A stretch of 57,417 nt of DNA from Candidatus Woesearchaeota archaeon (GTDB taxonomy: Archaea > Nanobdellota > Nanobdellia > SCGC-AAA011-G17 > JAGVZF01), in contig JAGVZF010000034.1 of the NCBI GenBank assembly GCA_018302785.1, positions 1 to 57,417 of the forward strand. The letters run 5' to 3'. A program made the position numbers and the translations under genes. The notes below the pieces were generated by a model, which ran no database searches, was not told where the DNA came from, and saw nothing but the letters and a program-made list of their open reading frames with translations. Of the stretch, positions 28,206 to 37,377 are shown in pieces. Within the stretch, counting starts at the first letter, position 1; every line of letters begins with the position of its first letter.

Positions 28206-29338
28206 ACCATAAATCTCCAAACAAAGTCTGTTTTTCCTTCACTTGTCCTTTTATATAAGATTAATGATTGCAGCGCAAACATCGTGCACCAAGAATTTGG
28301 ATTATTTGCCAATTGTCCATCATTCTTTGTTCCGAAAATAAATGCACCCCTATGTTCTCCACTTGTAACTTGATATTTAATGAGTCTATTATAAACCGTA
28401 TTTATCTCCCTATCAATATTTAACTGACCAATATTCTTTGATAGAAGCGCCATCCTTAAAGTTTGGGCGATTATATCAGATCTCTCATTATAATTAAATT
28501 TATTATTCATAAAATGCCTGGGTACTTCCCAATTAGGACCTAAATTTCTTAGTAAATATTCTGATGCTTTTGATGCTATTTCAAGAAAAGTTTTATTATT
28601 TAAAAATTGGCCAGAAGTAAAAAAAGCCTCAGACGAATAGTTGTGGGGATGGAAATTTGAACTATTAAAATTCTGGTAAGTTCTAAATCTATAATCTTTT
28701 TCCTTATATTTTAAAGAATAATTTAAACATTTAATAACTGTATTTTTTATTTTATCATTATTTGTTATATCATAAAGGTTCAAAAGTCCTATACATACTT
28801 TAGCTAAATAACTGCCAGATTGTGTTGACCAAGTATCTAAATTATGTTTTGGTTTTCCGTCTTTGTCTACAAATGGTATAAAGGACCCATCTTGATTTTG
28901 CATATTTAATATCCAATTTGCAATACTACTAGCTGCATTTAGATATCTTTCATCATTTGTTTCTCTATACAAATTAACAATACCATTTAATATTATTCCA
29001 GAATCAAACAAATATTTAACGCCTTTATTTTTATTGTACTTCTCAAAGTATGGAAAACAAGAAAAACATCCACCATCACTATCTATAACTTTATCTAATA
29101 TCCAATTTGCTGCAATCTTTGCTTTTTGTAGGTAAATTTCCTCTTTTTCAAGATTATATAAATAAGTCAATAATGTAATCCCATATCCTGTAATTTCTGG
29201 ATAGGCAAATGCAAATCCACCTAATTCATCATCATACCAACTATTAAAAGCACCTAAATGCTCACCTTCTTTTTGTTGAACATCAGAGTTCAACAACCAA
29301 TTTTTTGCCATATCAATTATTTGATCCAAGTAAATCAC
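28202..29338 (-). CDS. (alpha/alpha)6-barrel protein of unknown function (AGE-epimerase / glycoside hydrolase / prenyltransferase-like fold)
   Basis: Repeated helical-hairpin motifs (A.NWLL, YL..A...ANWIL..Q..DG); YPEITGY, FDSG, SWCTMFA. Confidence 0.65.
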   Translation of the reverse strand: MIYLDQIIDMAKNWLLNSDVQQKEGEHLGAFNSWYDDELGGFAFAYPEITGYGITLLTYLYNLEKEEIYLQKAKIAANWILDKVIDSDGGCFSCFPYFEKYNKNKGVKYLFDSGIILNGIVNLYRETNDERYLNAASSIANWILNMQNQDGSFIPFVDKDGKPKHNLDTWSTQSGSYLAKVCIGLLNLYDITNNDKIKNTVIKCLNYSLKYKEKDYRFRTYQNFNSSNFHPHNYSSEAFFTSGQFLNNKTFLEIASKASEYLLRNLGPNWEVPRHFMNNKFNYNERSDIIAQTLRMALLSKNIGQLNIDREINTVYNRLIKYQVTSGEHRGAFIFGTKNDGQLANNPNSWCTMFALQSLILYKRTSEGKTDFVWRFMV

Positions 29339-30272
29339 CCATTTTTAATCCATTTATTTTATAAAATTCATCGGCCCACATCTCTGCTTCATCCTGAAAA
29401 CCAACTCTCTCTATCAATAAATGACCATCACTACATTTAACATAAAACCCTTTTTTATCATCAAGGTTGTAGATACTACCATTAATTTCATTAGATTTAT
29501 CGATATTATTAACTAAAACATAAGAAGCTTTCCAAATATAAACAACCCTATTATTTAAATAAGTAAACGCACCAAAAAAAGGGTGGGTGGATGCCCTAAC
29601 TAGATTGAAAATTTGTCTGCTGCTCGAACTCCAATTAATTTCACTATCTTTTGGTTTTCTTTGTGGTAAAATAATACTAGTGCCCCTATTCTGTTTTATT
29701 CTAGTTGTATTTCCTTCCTCATTCAAATCTTTAAGTGAACATCTTAACATTTTTACAGTGTAATAATCAGATTTATCGTGTAATGTTTTAATATTATCCC
29801 TATCATCAATTCCAAAATATTCTACTGCTATTATATCACCTTCATCAACACCTTCAATCAAATAATATAAACTTACACCCCATCTTTTTTCGTCTCTCAA
29901 CAATGCCCAATTTAAAGACGCACCTCCTTTAACATCTGGGAGTGGCCCCCCATGACTACCAATAGTCCCTAGTTTTGGAATATCTAATATTTCCTTAGGT
30001 ATGATCTCAGAAGAACCAAATTCAAATATTACATCAGGATTTATTTTTCTGATTAGTTCAATATTTTCACTATCTCTAAGTCTCCTACAATATACAACTT
30101 GAAATCCATATCTATCAGATAGATCGTCAAATGTGGTCCATCTAGCTTTCCTATGTTTCCAACTTAAATCAGAACCAAATACTGCTTCAACTTTAAATCC
30201 TTCAGTTTTTAGTATTTCCTCTAAACATAGTTTTGTATGTTCCGTAGGCCCTATTACTATGGCTCTAATCAT
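29313..30272 (-). CDS. Sugar N-formyltransferase (Fmt/ArnA N-terminal-like)
   Basis: H...LP..KGG.SLNWAL, GVDEGDI, R.P.D..I.W, F.LVRA..HP..GAF motifs. Confidence 0.88.
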   Translation of the reverse strand: MIRAIVIGPTEHTKLCLEEILKTEGFKVEAVFGSDLSWKHRKARWTTFDDLSDRYGFQVVYCRRLRDSENIELIRKINPDVIFEFGSSEIIPKEILDIPKLGTIGSHGGPLPDVKGGASLNWALLRDEKRWGVSLYYLIEGVDEGDIIAVEYFGIDDRDNIKTLHDKSDYYTVKMLRCSLKDLNEEGNTTRIKQNRGTSIILPQRKPKDSEINWSSSSRQIFNLVRASTHPFFGAFTYLNNRVVYIWKASYVLVNNIDKSNEINGSIYNLDDKKGFYVKCSDGHLLIERVGFQDEAEMWADEFYKINGLKMGDLLGSNN

Positions 30273-31264
30273 TTTCTTTGGGCTTTAACCCATTCTATGT
30301 TTCTCTTCAACCCTTCATCTATTGAAATAGTAGCACTCCAACCAAAAAGAGATTTAGCCAATGAAGGATCACAACAAAGCCTCTTAACCTCAGAAGTCCT
30401 TGGAGCTATATGTACAATTTCACAATTTGAATTTGAATATAATTTTATTTTTTGAGCAACATCTTTAATCATAATATCCTTACCAGTACCAAAATTTACT
30501 GCCTTACCGATAGCGTCGTTGTGAGAACCCATAATTAAAAAAGCATTAATTGTATCTTCTACATACATTAAATCTCTAGTTTGAGTTCCATCGCCATGTA
30601 TAGTTAACGCTTCTCCATTTAAAGCCTTATTAATAAAAAAAGGAACCACATCATAAGTATGCCTTGGTCCATATGTATTAAATGGTCTAACAATAGCAAT
30701 AGGAATTTTATAAGTATTCCACCAAGACCATGCAAATCTATCTGCTGCTAATTTACTAGCACCATAAGGAGATGTAGGATTCATAATATCGCTTTCTTTA
30801 ATAGGTTCATCATGAGTACCATAAATTTCACTTGAAGATGTACAAACTGTTCTTAATACATTTCCCATTGATCTAGATGCTTCAAGAACATTTAATGTAC
30901 CATACACATTAGCGTCAATAACTTCTAAAGGTTGATTAAATGATTTAGGAACATATGCTTCTGCAGCTAAATGGAATATTATTTCTGGATTATTAGATAC
31001 TATTAAATTTTTGGAATCTGGAGAACTTATATCTCCAGCTATTATTTTGATATTATCAATATGATGCCTTATATTCTTCAGTTCAAACCGATTTGTACCA
31101 GTAACTGAACTTCCCCTAACATAAGCTGTGACTTTAGCACCCATATTAACAAGTCTATCAACTAAATGAGAGCCCATAAAACCATCTGCCCCTGTAACAA
31201 GGACTCTTTTTCCATTATAAAAGTCATAAAATTTATCTTCTTTTTTATCCATATTCCTTAACAT
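30269..31264 (-). CDS. NDP-sugar 4,6-dehydratase (extended SDR, LegB/RmlB-like)
   Basis: VTGADGFMGSHL, HLAA, TSSSEIYG, SPYGASK, RPFNTYGPR, GDG.QTRD motifs. Confidence 0.93.
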   Translation of the reverse strand: MLRNMDKKEDKFYDFYNGKRVLVTGADGFMGSHLVDRLVNMGAKVTAYVRGSSVTGTNRFELKNIRHHIDNIKIIAGDISSPDSKNLIVSNNPEIIFHLAAEAYVPKSFNQPLEVIDANVYGTLNVLEASRSMGNVLRTVCTSSSEIYGTHDEPIKESDIMNPTSPYGASKLAADRFAWSWWNTYKIPIAIVRPFNTYGPRHTYDVVPFFINKALNGEALTIHGDGTQTRDLMYVEDTINAFLIMGSHNDAIGKAVNFGTGKDIMIKDVAQKIKLYSNSNCEIVHIAPRTSEVKRLCCDPSLAKSLFGWSATISIDEGLKRNIEWVKAQRK

Positions 31265-31286
31265 ACCTAAAAATTTTTAAATCTTA

Positions 31287-32372
31287 CTAATTATTTACTT
31301 TATTTATTAAATACTTGATAATTTTCATTGAAGAATTACCATCCCCAAAGGGATTTTCCCAAGAATTATTAATAGTCAACATCTTACTAGTTGCCTCTAG
31401 TATCTTTTCTTTATTTAGACCTGCTAAAATACTACTTCCTACTTCCAACGCCTCAACCCTCTCAGTATGATCTCTTAATATTACACAAGGAACTTTTAAT
31501 ATACAACTTTCTTCCTGTATTCCACCAGAGTCAGTAAAAACTAACCTAGCGTGATTTTGAAGCTGTATAAAATCCAAATATCCTAATGGATCTATCATTT
31601 TAACAAAATAGGGTATTTTTAAATTAAATTTTTCTATATTTTTCTTAGTTCTTGGATGGACAGGAAACAAAAATCTAATTTTGTGCTCATTATATACTAA
31701 TTCTAAGCTTTCAAAAATAGTTTGTAATAAGTCTTTATCGTCAACATTTTCAGGTCTATGGATAGTCAACAAAAAATAATCTTTAGGTTTTAAAGAAAGC
31801 TGTTCTAATATTTTACTTTTATCATTAGATATTTCTAAGTTCTTTATTAAAGCATCCACAATTGTGTTTCCAGATATCATTATTTTTTCTCTGGATAATC
31901 CTTCACCAATTAAATTACCATACGATATACTTGTTGGAGCAAATAAATAATCAGATAAATGATCTGCAACGATTCTATTTATTTCTTCAGGCATTTTCTT
32001 ATCATAACTTCTTAAACCTGACTCAAGATGAGCCACTTTTATATGAAGTTTAGTTGCAGCCAAAACTCCAGCCAAAGTAGAATTTGTATCACCTAATACT
32101 AGTACCATATCCGGATTTTCTTCAAGTAATATTTTTTCAATTCCTATAAGCATAACACCAGTCATTTCTCCATGATTCTTCGATCCAATTCCTAAATTAT
32201 ATTTAGGTTGAGGTAATCCTAATTCTTCAAAAAAGAGTTTATCCATATTATATGAATAATGCTGACCAGTATGTATAACAAAGAAGTCAATATTATTTTC
32301 ACTTACATATCGAATTACAGGAGATAATTTTATAATATCTGGTCTTGTTCCTACTACAATACATAGTTTCAT
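31287..32372 (-). CDS. wecB: UDP-GlcNAc 2-epimerase, non-hydrolysing type
   Basis: GTRPD.IK, HTGQHY, GDTN, H.E.GLRS, MPEEINR, HRPENVD, TDSGGIQEE, TER, NPFGDG motifs. Confidence 0.93.
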   Translation of the reverse strand: MKLCIVVGTRPDIIKLSPVIRYVSENNIDFFVIHTGQHYSYNMDKLFFEELGLPQPKYNLGIGSKNHGEMTGVMLIGIEKILLEENPDMVLVLGDTNSTLAGVLAATKLHIKVAHLESGLRSYDKKMPEEINRIVADHLSDYLFAPTSISYGNLIGEGLSREKIMISGNTIVDALIKNLEISNDKSKILEQLSLKPKDYFLLTIHRPENVDDKDLLQTIFESLELVYNEHKIRFLFPVHPRTKKNIEKFNLKIPYFVKMIDPLGYLDFIQLQNHARLVFTDSGGIQEESCILKVPCVILRDHTERVEALEVGSSILAGLNKEKILEATSKMLTINNSWENPFGDGNSSMKIIKYLINKVNN

Positions 32373-32493
32373 CTAACCACCTTGTTTTAGATATTAGGTT
32401 AGAAAAACAATGGGTATAAAAAGCTTATTATACTCAAATTAATAAGTATCGCCATATAACTAAATGAATATTTAATAAATAAATTATCAAATT

Positions 32494-33156
32494 ATGGATG
32501 CTGTAATTTTAGCTGCAGGTAAAGGAGAAAGACTAAAACCGTTAACTGATAATATACCAAAAGGTATGGTAATAATTGATAATAAACCTATATTAGAACA
32601 CACAATAAAATTACTTGTTAAAAATAGAATAAACAAAATATACATAGTAGTTAATTATAAAAAAGAAATAATAATTAATTTCGTAGATTCTATAAAAAAT
32701 AAATACAAATTAGAAGCATATTATATACATCAACAAGAATTATTAGGCACTGCGCATGCAACATCTTTGATTCCTAATAATATAAGCAATCCTTTTTTAT
32801 TAATACTTGGAGATGTTGTGTTTTACGATTTCCCAAATAGTTTACCATTAAAACCAACAATATTTGTAAAAAAAACAGATGACACAATAAACAAAGGGAT
32901 TATAGAAATAAAAAATGGAATAATAACAAATTTTCATTATAATAAGGAGAAACTAAATAAAGAGAAATTTGTAGATATAGGTTTTATGGTACTTACAAAA
33001 GAAGTTATAGAAAATTGTAAAGAATATAAATATATTAAAGATACTCCTATAGTAGAAGTAATTAATAATATGATACAAAACGGAGTTAAGTTCTTAGCAG
33101 AAAATTTCAAAGGTGAAATAAGACATATAACCTCAATTGAAGATATTAATAGGTAG
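32494..33156 (+). CDS. Sugar-phosphate nucleotidyltransferase
   Basis: AVILAAGKGERLKPLT..IPK, Q..LLGTAHA, GD motifs. Confidence 0.9.
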   Translation: MDAVILAAGKGERLKPLTDNIPKGMVIIDNKPILEHTIKLLVKNRINKIYIVVNYKKEIIINFVDSIKNKYKLEAYYIHQQELLGTAHATSLIPNNISNPFLLILGDVVFYDFPNSLPLKPTIFVKKTDDTINKGIIEIKNGIITNFHYNKEKLNKEKFVDIGFMVLTKEVIENCKEYKYIKDTPIVEVINNMIQNGVKFLAENFKGEIRHITSIEDINR

Positions 33157-33188
33157 TTTTTTAACTCTTTTTACATTTTTATTACTTA

Positions 33189-33980
33189 ATGGAAATAGGT
33201 CAGTTTATGGAATGTGTAATTTTTGATAATCTTACTGGATGTAAAGTAGTAAGCTACAAAGAAGAACTTTGGAGGCCAACAGATCAAACAATAAGTGATC
33301 TAATAGGAGATCAATGGAGAAAAATGGAGGCAAGAAATATATCTGTAGGGGCTACACTGACAAACGGTCTTCTGGTTAGAGCTAATGAAATGCACATGGA
33401 TGAGCAAAGAATACTAGAGGTAGCAGCTCAGAAATTAGATTATAAATCACATGCAACAACTAGAGATAATCCAGACATACCAATAACACAAAGAGGCTTA
33501 GGTCTCTATGTAACAGCACAATTAGTTTCATCTGACAGTTATTTAGTATTTGGAAGAACTAAAAACACAGAAATTCAATATCAAGACATTATTAATGTTA
33601 TTGCAGGAGGGGTAGAACCTCAAGACATAGTTATTGGACAAGGACTTGAACACGCAATGCTAAGAGAAGTTAAAGAAGAAACAGGTCAAGAAGATCAAGA
33701 TATAGTATCTATAAATATCTCATATGTAATAAGAGAAATGATAGCAGCACACCCATCATTAGTGCATATTATCTCTTCAAGATTAAACAGTAGAGAAATG
33801 ATTGAAGTCTACAAATCGCATACACACAAACAAATACAAAGTGGAGAAAGTCCTGAATTAAAAGAATTACACTTCATACCAATAGACAAGAAAAAAATAG
33901 TTAAAGCTTTAGAAGATAGTGCTAATAATTATCATGAAAGGGTAAGAATCGTTTTACTTCACACAATAAATCAACTATAA
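33189..33980 (+). CDS. NUDIX hydrolase (NUDT22-like architecture)
   Basis: GG.EP......A..REVKEETG Nudix box after a long N-terminal extension. Confidence 0.7.
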   Translation: MEIGQFMECVIFDNLTGCKVVSYKEELWRPTDQTISDLIGDQWRKMEARNISVGATLTNGLLVRANEMHMDEQRILEVAAQKLDYKSHATTRDNPDIPITQRGLGLYVTAQLVSSDSYLVFGRTKNTEIQYQDIINVIAGGVEPQDIVIGQGLEHAMLREVKEETGQEDQDIVSINISYVIREMIAAHPSLVHIISSRLNSREMIEVYKSHTHKQIQSGESPELKELHFIPIDKKKIVKALEDSANNYHERVRIVLLHTINQL

Positions 33981-33990
33981 TTTAATAATT

Positions 33991-35028
33991 TTAAACATAA
34001 TCCTTACTATAATTTTTTTCTCTTAAATATATTCTAAGAAATACAATAAGTATAGATAACACCAATGGTCCTATTACAATTCCAGGAACGCCAAATATCC
34101 CAATTCCCCCAACCAATCCTAATAAAATAATTACTTGATGAATCCTAGCTTTTTTACTTATAATTCTAGCCTTAATAATATTATCAATTGAACTAATCAA
34201 TAACGCCCCATAAATAAATAGTAATATGCCTTTAGTAGTATCCCCTGATATAAAAAAGAAAATAGAAGCAGGCACCCATACAAAAGCAGGCCCAACAAAT
34301 GGAAATAAAGCCAGTATAGACATTACCAAGCCCCATATTAAGAAATTATCAATACCAAATATATAAAATCCAATAGCCCCCATAGCACCCTGAGCAACTG
34401 CAGCAACTAAGGTCCCATAAATAACTGCCTTAATAACTTTTTCAGATTCTAAAAACAATTCATCTTTGTATATTTTCTTAATAGGTAAATGATTGTTAAT
34501 AGATTTAAGAAGTCTTGCTCCATCCCTAAAAAGATAGAATAAAACAAAAATAATAATAAACGTTTCAAGTATTCTAAAAGGTATTGATCTAATAAATGTG
34601 GTTATAATATTAGTAAATCCTTTAGTTAAATCTGTAGTTAATGATCCAGTTATTGCTTCAAGATTAACAAAATCAGGTAAATTCAAATATTCCTCTATAT
34701 CATCTGTATATCCTATTAAATATGCATCCATTTCCTTTACATCAATTGAGAAATATCTAAATTGTTGTAGTATTAATTGAACTGATAATATTCCGGGCAG
34801 TATAACAATTAACAAAACAATTATAACCATTAATATTGATGAAACACTTTTATAAGGGATAATATTGTGCAATTTTCTATAAATTGGATAAAAAATATAA
34901 GCTAAAATAATAGAAATAGAAATTGCATTAATAAAAGGTCTCAACATTAAGAACGACAAAACTAATATAACTAAGAAGAATATAACATAAAAATATTTTG
35001 CTCCTTTTTTTAATGTAATATGCTCCAT
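33991..35028 (-). CDS. AI-2E family transporter
   Basis: LAYIFYP, FYLFRDG, QG..G.IGF, PFVG...VWVP, DN, GG...FG..G...GP motifs. Confidence 0.93.
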   Translation of the reverse strand: MEHITLKKGAKYFYVIFFLVILVLSFLMLRPFINAISISIILAYIFYPIYRKLHNIIPYKSVSSILMVIIVLLIVILPGILSVQLILQQFRYFSIDVKEMDAYLIGYTDDIEEYLNLPDFVNLEAITGSLTTDLTKGFTNIITTFIRSIPFRILETFIIIFVLFYLFRDGARLLKSINNHLPIKKIYKDELFLESEKVIKAVIYGTLVAAVAQGAMGAIGFYIFGIDNFLIWGLVMSILALFPFVGPAFVWVPASIFFFISGDTTKGILLFIYGALLISSIDNIIKARIISKKARIHQVIILLGLVGGIGIFGVPGIVIGPLVLSILIVFLRIYLREKNYSKDYV

Positions 35029-35139
35029 ATCTAATCTTTAAACAAATTCGTTTATAAAGCTTGTTTTTAATCTCAAAATAATAAAAAATCAATAAATACC
35101 AATAGAAAGCTTTAAAAGACTAGTTTCATTAAAGTTAAT

Positions 35140-35496
35140 GTGGATAAAAAAATAGTTCTTGGACTAATAGAACCTATAGACATAGGTGGGGAAAAAGTAT
35201 TAGGTAAAATTGATACTGGTGCATCTAAGAGCTCTATTAGCATTCAATTAGCAAGCAAATTAAGGCTAGGTCCAATAGTTAAAACAGTGAGAATTATAAG
35301 TTCACATGGAAAGACAGTAAGGCCGGTAATAAAAGTAAGTATTATTATTGGGGGTAAAAAATTTAAGATGCTTTTCAATTTAACTGATAGAAAAAAGTTA
35401 AAATACCATATATTAATAGGGCAAAATATTTTAAAGCGAGGATTTCTAATAGATCCAAATAAACATGAAAGTAGGGATAATCAGCTTATTAAGTGA
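35140..35496 (+). CDS. RimK-associated retropepsin-like protease (RimB / Zn_protease family)
   Basis: G..E, KIDTGA..SSI, RP, LTDR..LKY..LIG motifs; overlaps rimK. Confidence 0.88.
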   Translation: MDKKIVLGLIEPIDIGGEKVLGKIDTGASKSSISIQLASKLRLGPIVKTVRIISSHGKTVRPVIKVSIIIGGKKFKMLFNLTDRKKLKYHILIGQNILKRGFLIDPNKHESRDNQLIK

Positions 35497-36526
35497 AAGT
35501 AGTAAAATGATAGGCAAGGAATGTAGAGACTACTTTGATAAAGTTGAGATGATTAATATTAGAGACGTAAATGTCTCTAGTAGTACTAATAGCTTAGAAA
35601 CATTATATAATGCAAAAAAACTTGATACTTTTGATTGTTTATATCTAAGAGGTTCATATAAAAATGCACTTTTATTAAGAGCAATAAGTGAATGTTACTT
35701 AAACACAACATATCTCCCAATAAAGCCAGATTCTTTTACAATAGGTCATGATAAATTTTTAACAATATTAGAGCTTCAAAAACATGGTATAGATATTCCA
35801 AAAACATATGTTGCATCTACAATATCAAGCGCAAAAAAAATCTTAGAAACTGTAAATTATCCTGTTATGGTTAAAATTCCAAGCGGAACACATGGAAAAG
35901 GAGTTATGGTAGCTGATAGTTATGCAGCAGCTTCCTCAGTCTTAGATACATTAGAGGTTTTTAAACAACCTTATATAATTCAAGATTATGTAGAAACTAA
36001 TGCAACTGATGTAAGAGCCATAGTTCTAGGAGATAAAGTTGTTGCTGCAATGAGAAGGAAAGCAAGCAATGGAGAATTAAGAGCAAATATTCACATGGGT
36101 GGAAAAGGAACCCCTATAGAACTAGACTATAATACAGAAAGAATAGCTGTAAAGGCTGCAAGAGCAGTTGGTGCTGAAATCTGTGCCATAGACATCTTAG
36201 AAAGTAGAAAGCCAAAAGTAATTGAAGTAAATCTAAGCCCTGGGTTAAGAGGTATAACTTCAGTAACTAAAAAAAACGTAGCAGGAAAAGTAGCAAAATT
36301 CTTATCAGAAAGAACAAAAGAATTTACAGAAAATAAGAAAAAAGAAAATATTAAAGAAATAATTGGTGTAATTGATAAAGATAAAAATGAAATTATAACT
36401 AACTTAGATATAAAGCTTGGAAGAATTAGACTTCCACAAATTATTTCAAAACTAGCAGATATAAAAGATGAAGAAGAAGTTGTTATTAAAGTTGTTAAAG
36501 GAAGAATTGAAATTGAAAAGCATTAA
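35465..36526 (+). CDS. rimK: RimK-family ATP-grasp ligase with C-terminal AbrB/SpoVT-like domain
   Basis: DK, P.T, P..VK...GTHGKGV, Q.YV, DVR..V.G, RANIH.GG, EVN.SPG; tail LDIKLGRIRLP......IKDEEEV.I.V.KGRIEIEK. Confidence 0.88.
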   Translation: MKVGIISLLSESSKMIGKECRDYFDKVEMINIRDVNVSSSTNSLETLYNAKKLDTFDCLYLRGSYKNALLLRAISECYLNTTYLPIKPDSFTIGHDKFLTILELQKHGIDIPKTYVASTISSAKKILETVNYPVMVKIPSGTHGKGVMVADSYAAASSVLDTLEVFKQPYIIQDYVETNATDVRAIVLGDKVVAAMRRKASNGELRANIHMGGKGTPIELDYNTERIAVKAARAVGAEICAIDILESRKPKVIEVNLSPGLRGITSVTKKNVAGKVAKFLSERTKEFTENKKKENIKEIIGVIDKDKNEIITNLDIKLGRIRLPQIISKLADIKDEEEVVIKVVKGRIEIEKH

Positions 36527-36568
36527 CTTTCAAAATCTTTATAAAGCTTTACAAAAACTATTTTTAAT

Positions 36569-37273
36569 ATGAAAGTAGCAATAATGTATTCTGGTGGGAA
36601 AGATTCAACAAATGCAATAGAATATTGTTTAAATAAAGGTTGGGAAATTACTCATTTAATTTCAGTAAAGCCATCTATTAAAGATTGTTATTTATTTCAT
36701 TATGCAACTGTAGAACTAACAAAAGAAATAGCTAAAATTTTAAGTATTAAACATGTTTACTTAACCTGTGATGTAGCAGATCCTATTAAAGAAGGCAAAA
36801 TAATAGAAAAGACAGTTCTTGATATCATAAAAGAAACAAAATTAGATGCCTTAGTCCTAGGAGGAATAGGTTTACAAGAGACTCAATTAAAAACATTGCA
36901 AAAATTAATGTTACCTCATAAAATAGAAGTATTTGCAACACATTCTGGGGAAGACCAAGAATCTGTTCTTAAAGAAATGTTAAATAAAGGTTATAAATTT
37001 ATAATAAGCTCAGTAGCTTCTGATGGCCTTCAAAATTGGCTAGGTAAAGAAATAACATTAAGTAATTTTAATCAGTTAAAAAGTGACTCAATTAAATTTG
37101 GTTTTGATTTGCTTGGAGAAGGCGGATACTATGATACATTTACTTTTGATGCTCCTTTTTTAAGTAAAAAACTTATTATAGAAGATTTTACTAGAGTTCA
37201 AGAAGGGAATTATAATGGCTATATAGTTGTAAATAAATTTAAAATAATTTTAAAGAAAAAAGCTGAAATTTAA
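36569..37273 (+). CDS. Diphthine-ammonia ligase (Dph6)-family PP-loop ATPase
   Basis: SGGKDS, Y.FH, V...GL..WLG, GEGG.Y.T...DAP. Confidence 0.8.
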   Translation: MKVAIMYSGGKDSTNAIEYCLNKGWEITHLISVKPSIKDCYLFHYATVELTKEIAKILSIKHVYLTCDVADPIKEGKIIEKTVLDIIKETKLDALVLGGIGLQETQLKTLQKLMLPHKIEVFATHSGEDQESVLKEMLNKGYKFIISSVASDGLQNWLGKEITLSNFNQLKSDSIKFGFDLLGEGGYYDTFTFDAPFLSKKLIIEDFTRVQEGNYNGYIVVNKFKIILKKKAEI

Positions 37274-37377
37274 ATCTAACATTATTCCACTCAAAATTGT
37301 TTATTATATATTTTCATAGAAGAATCACTTTTTCCCATACAAAAAGTTTTTAAATAAACTTCTTACTATATTCATTA

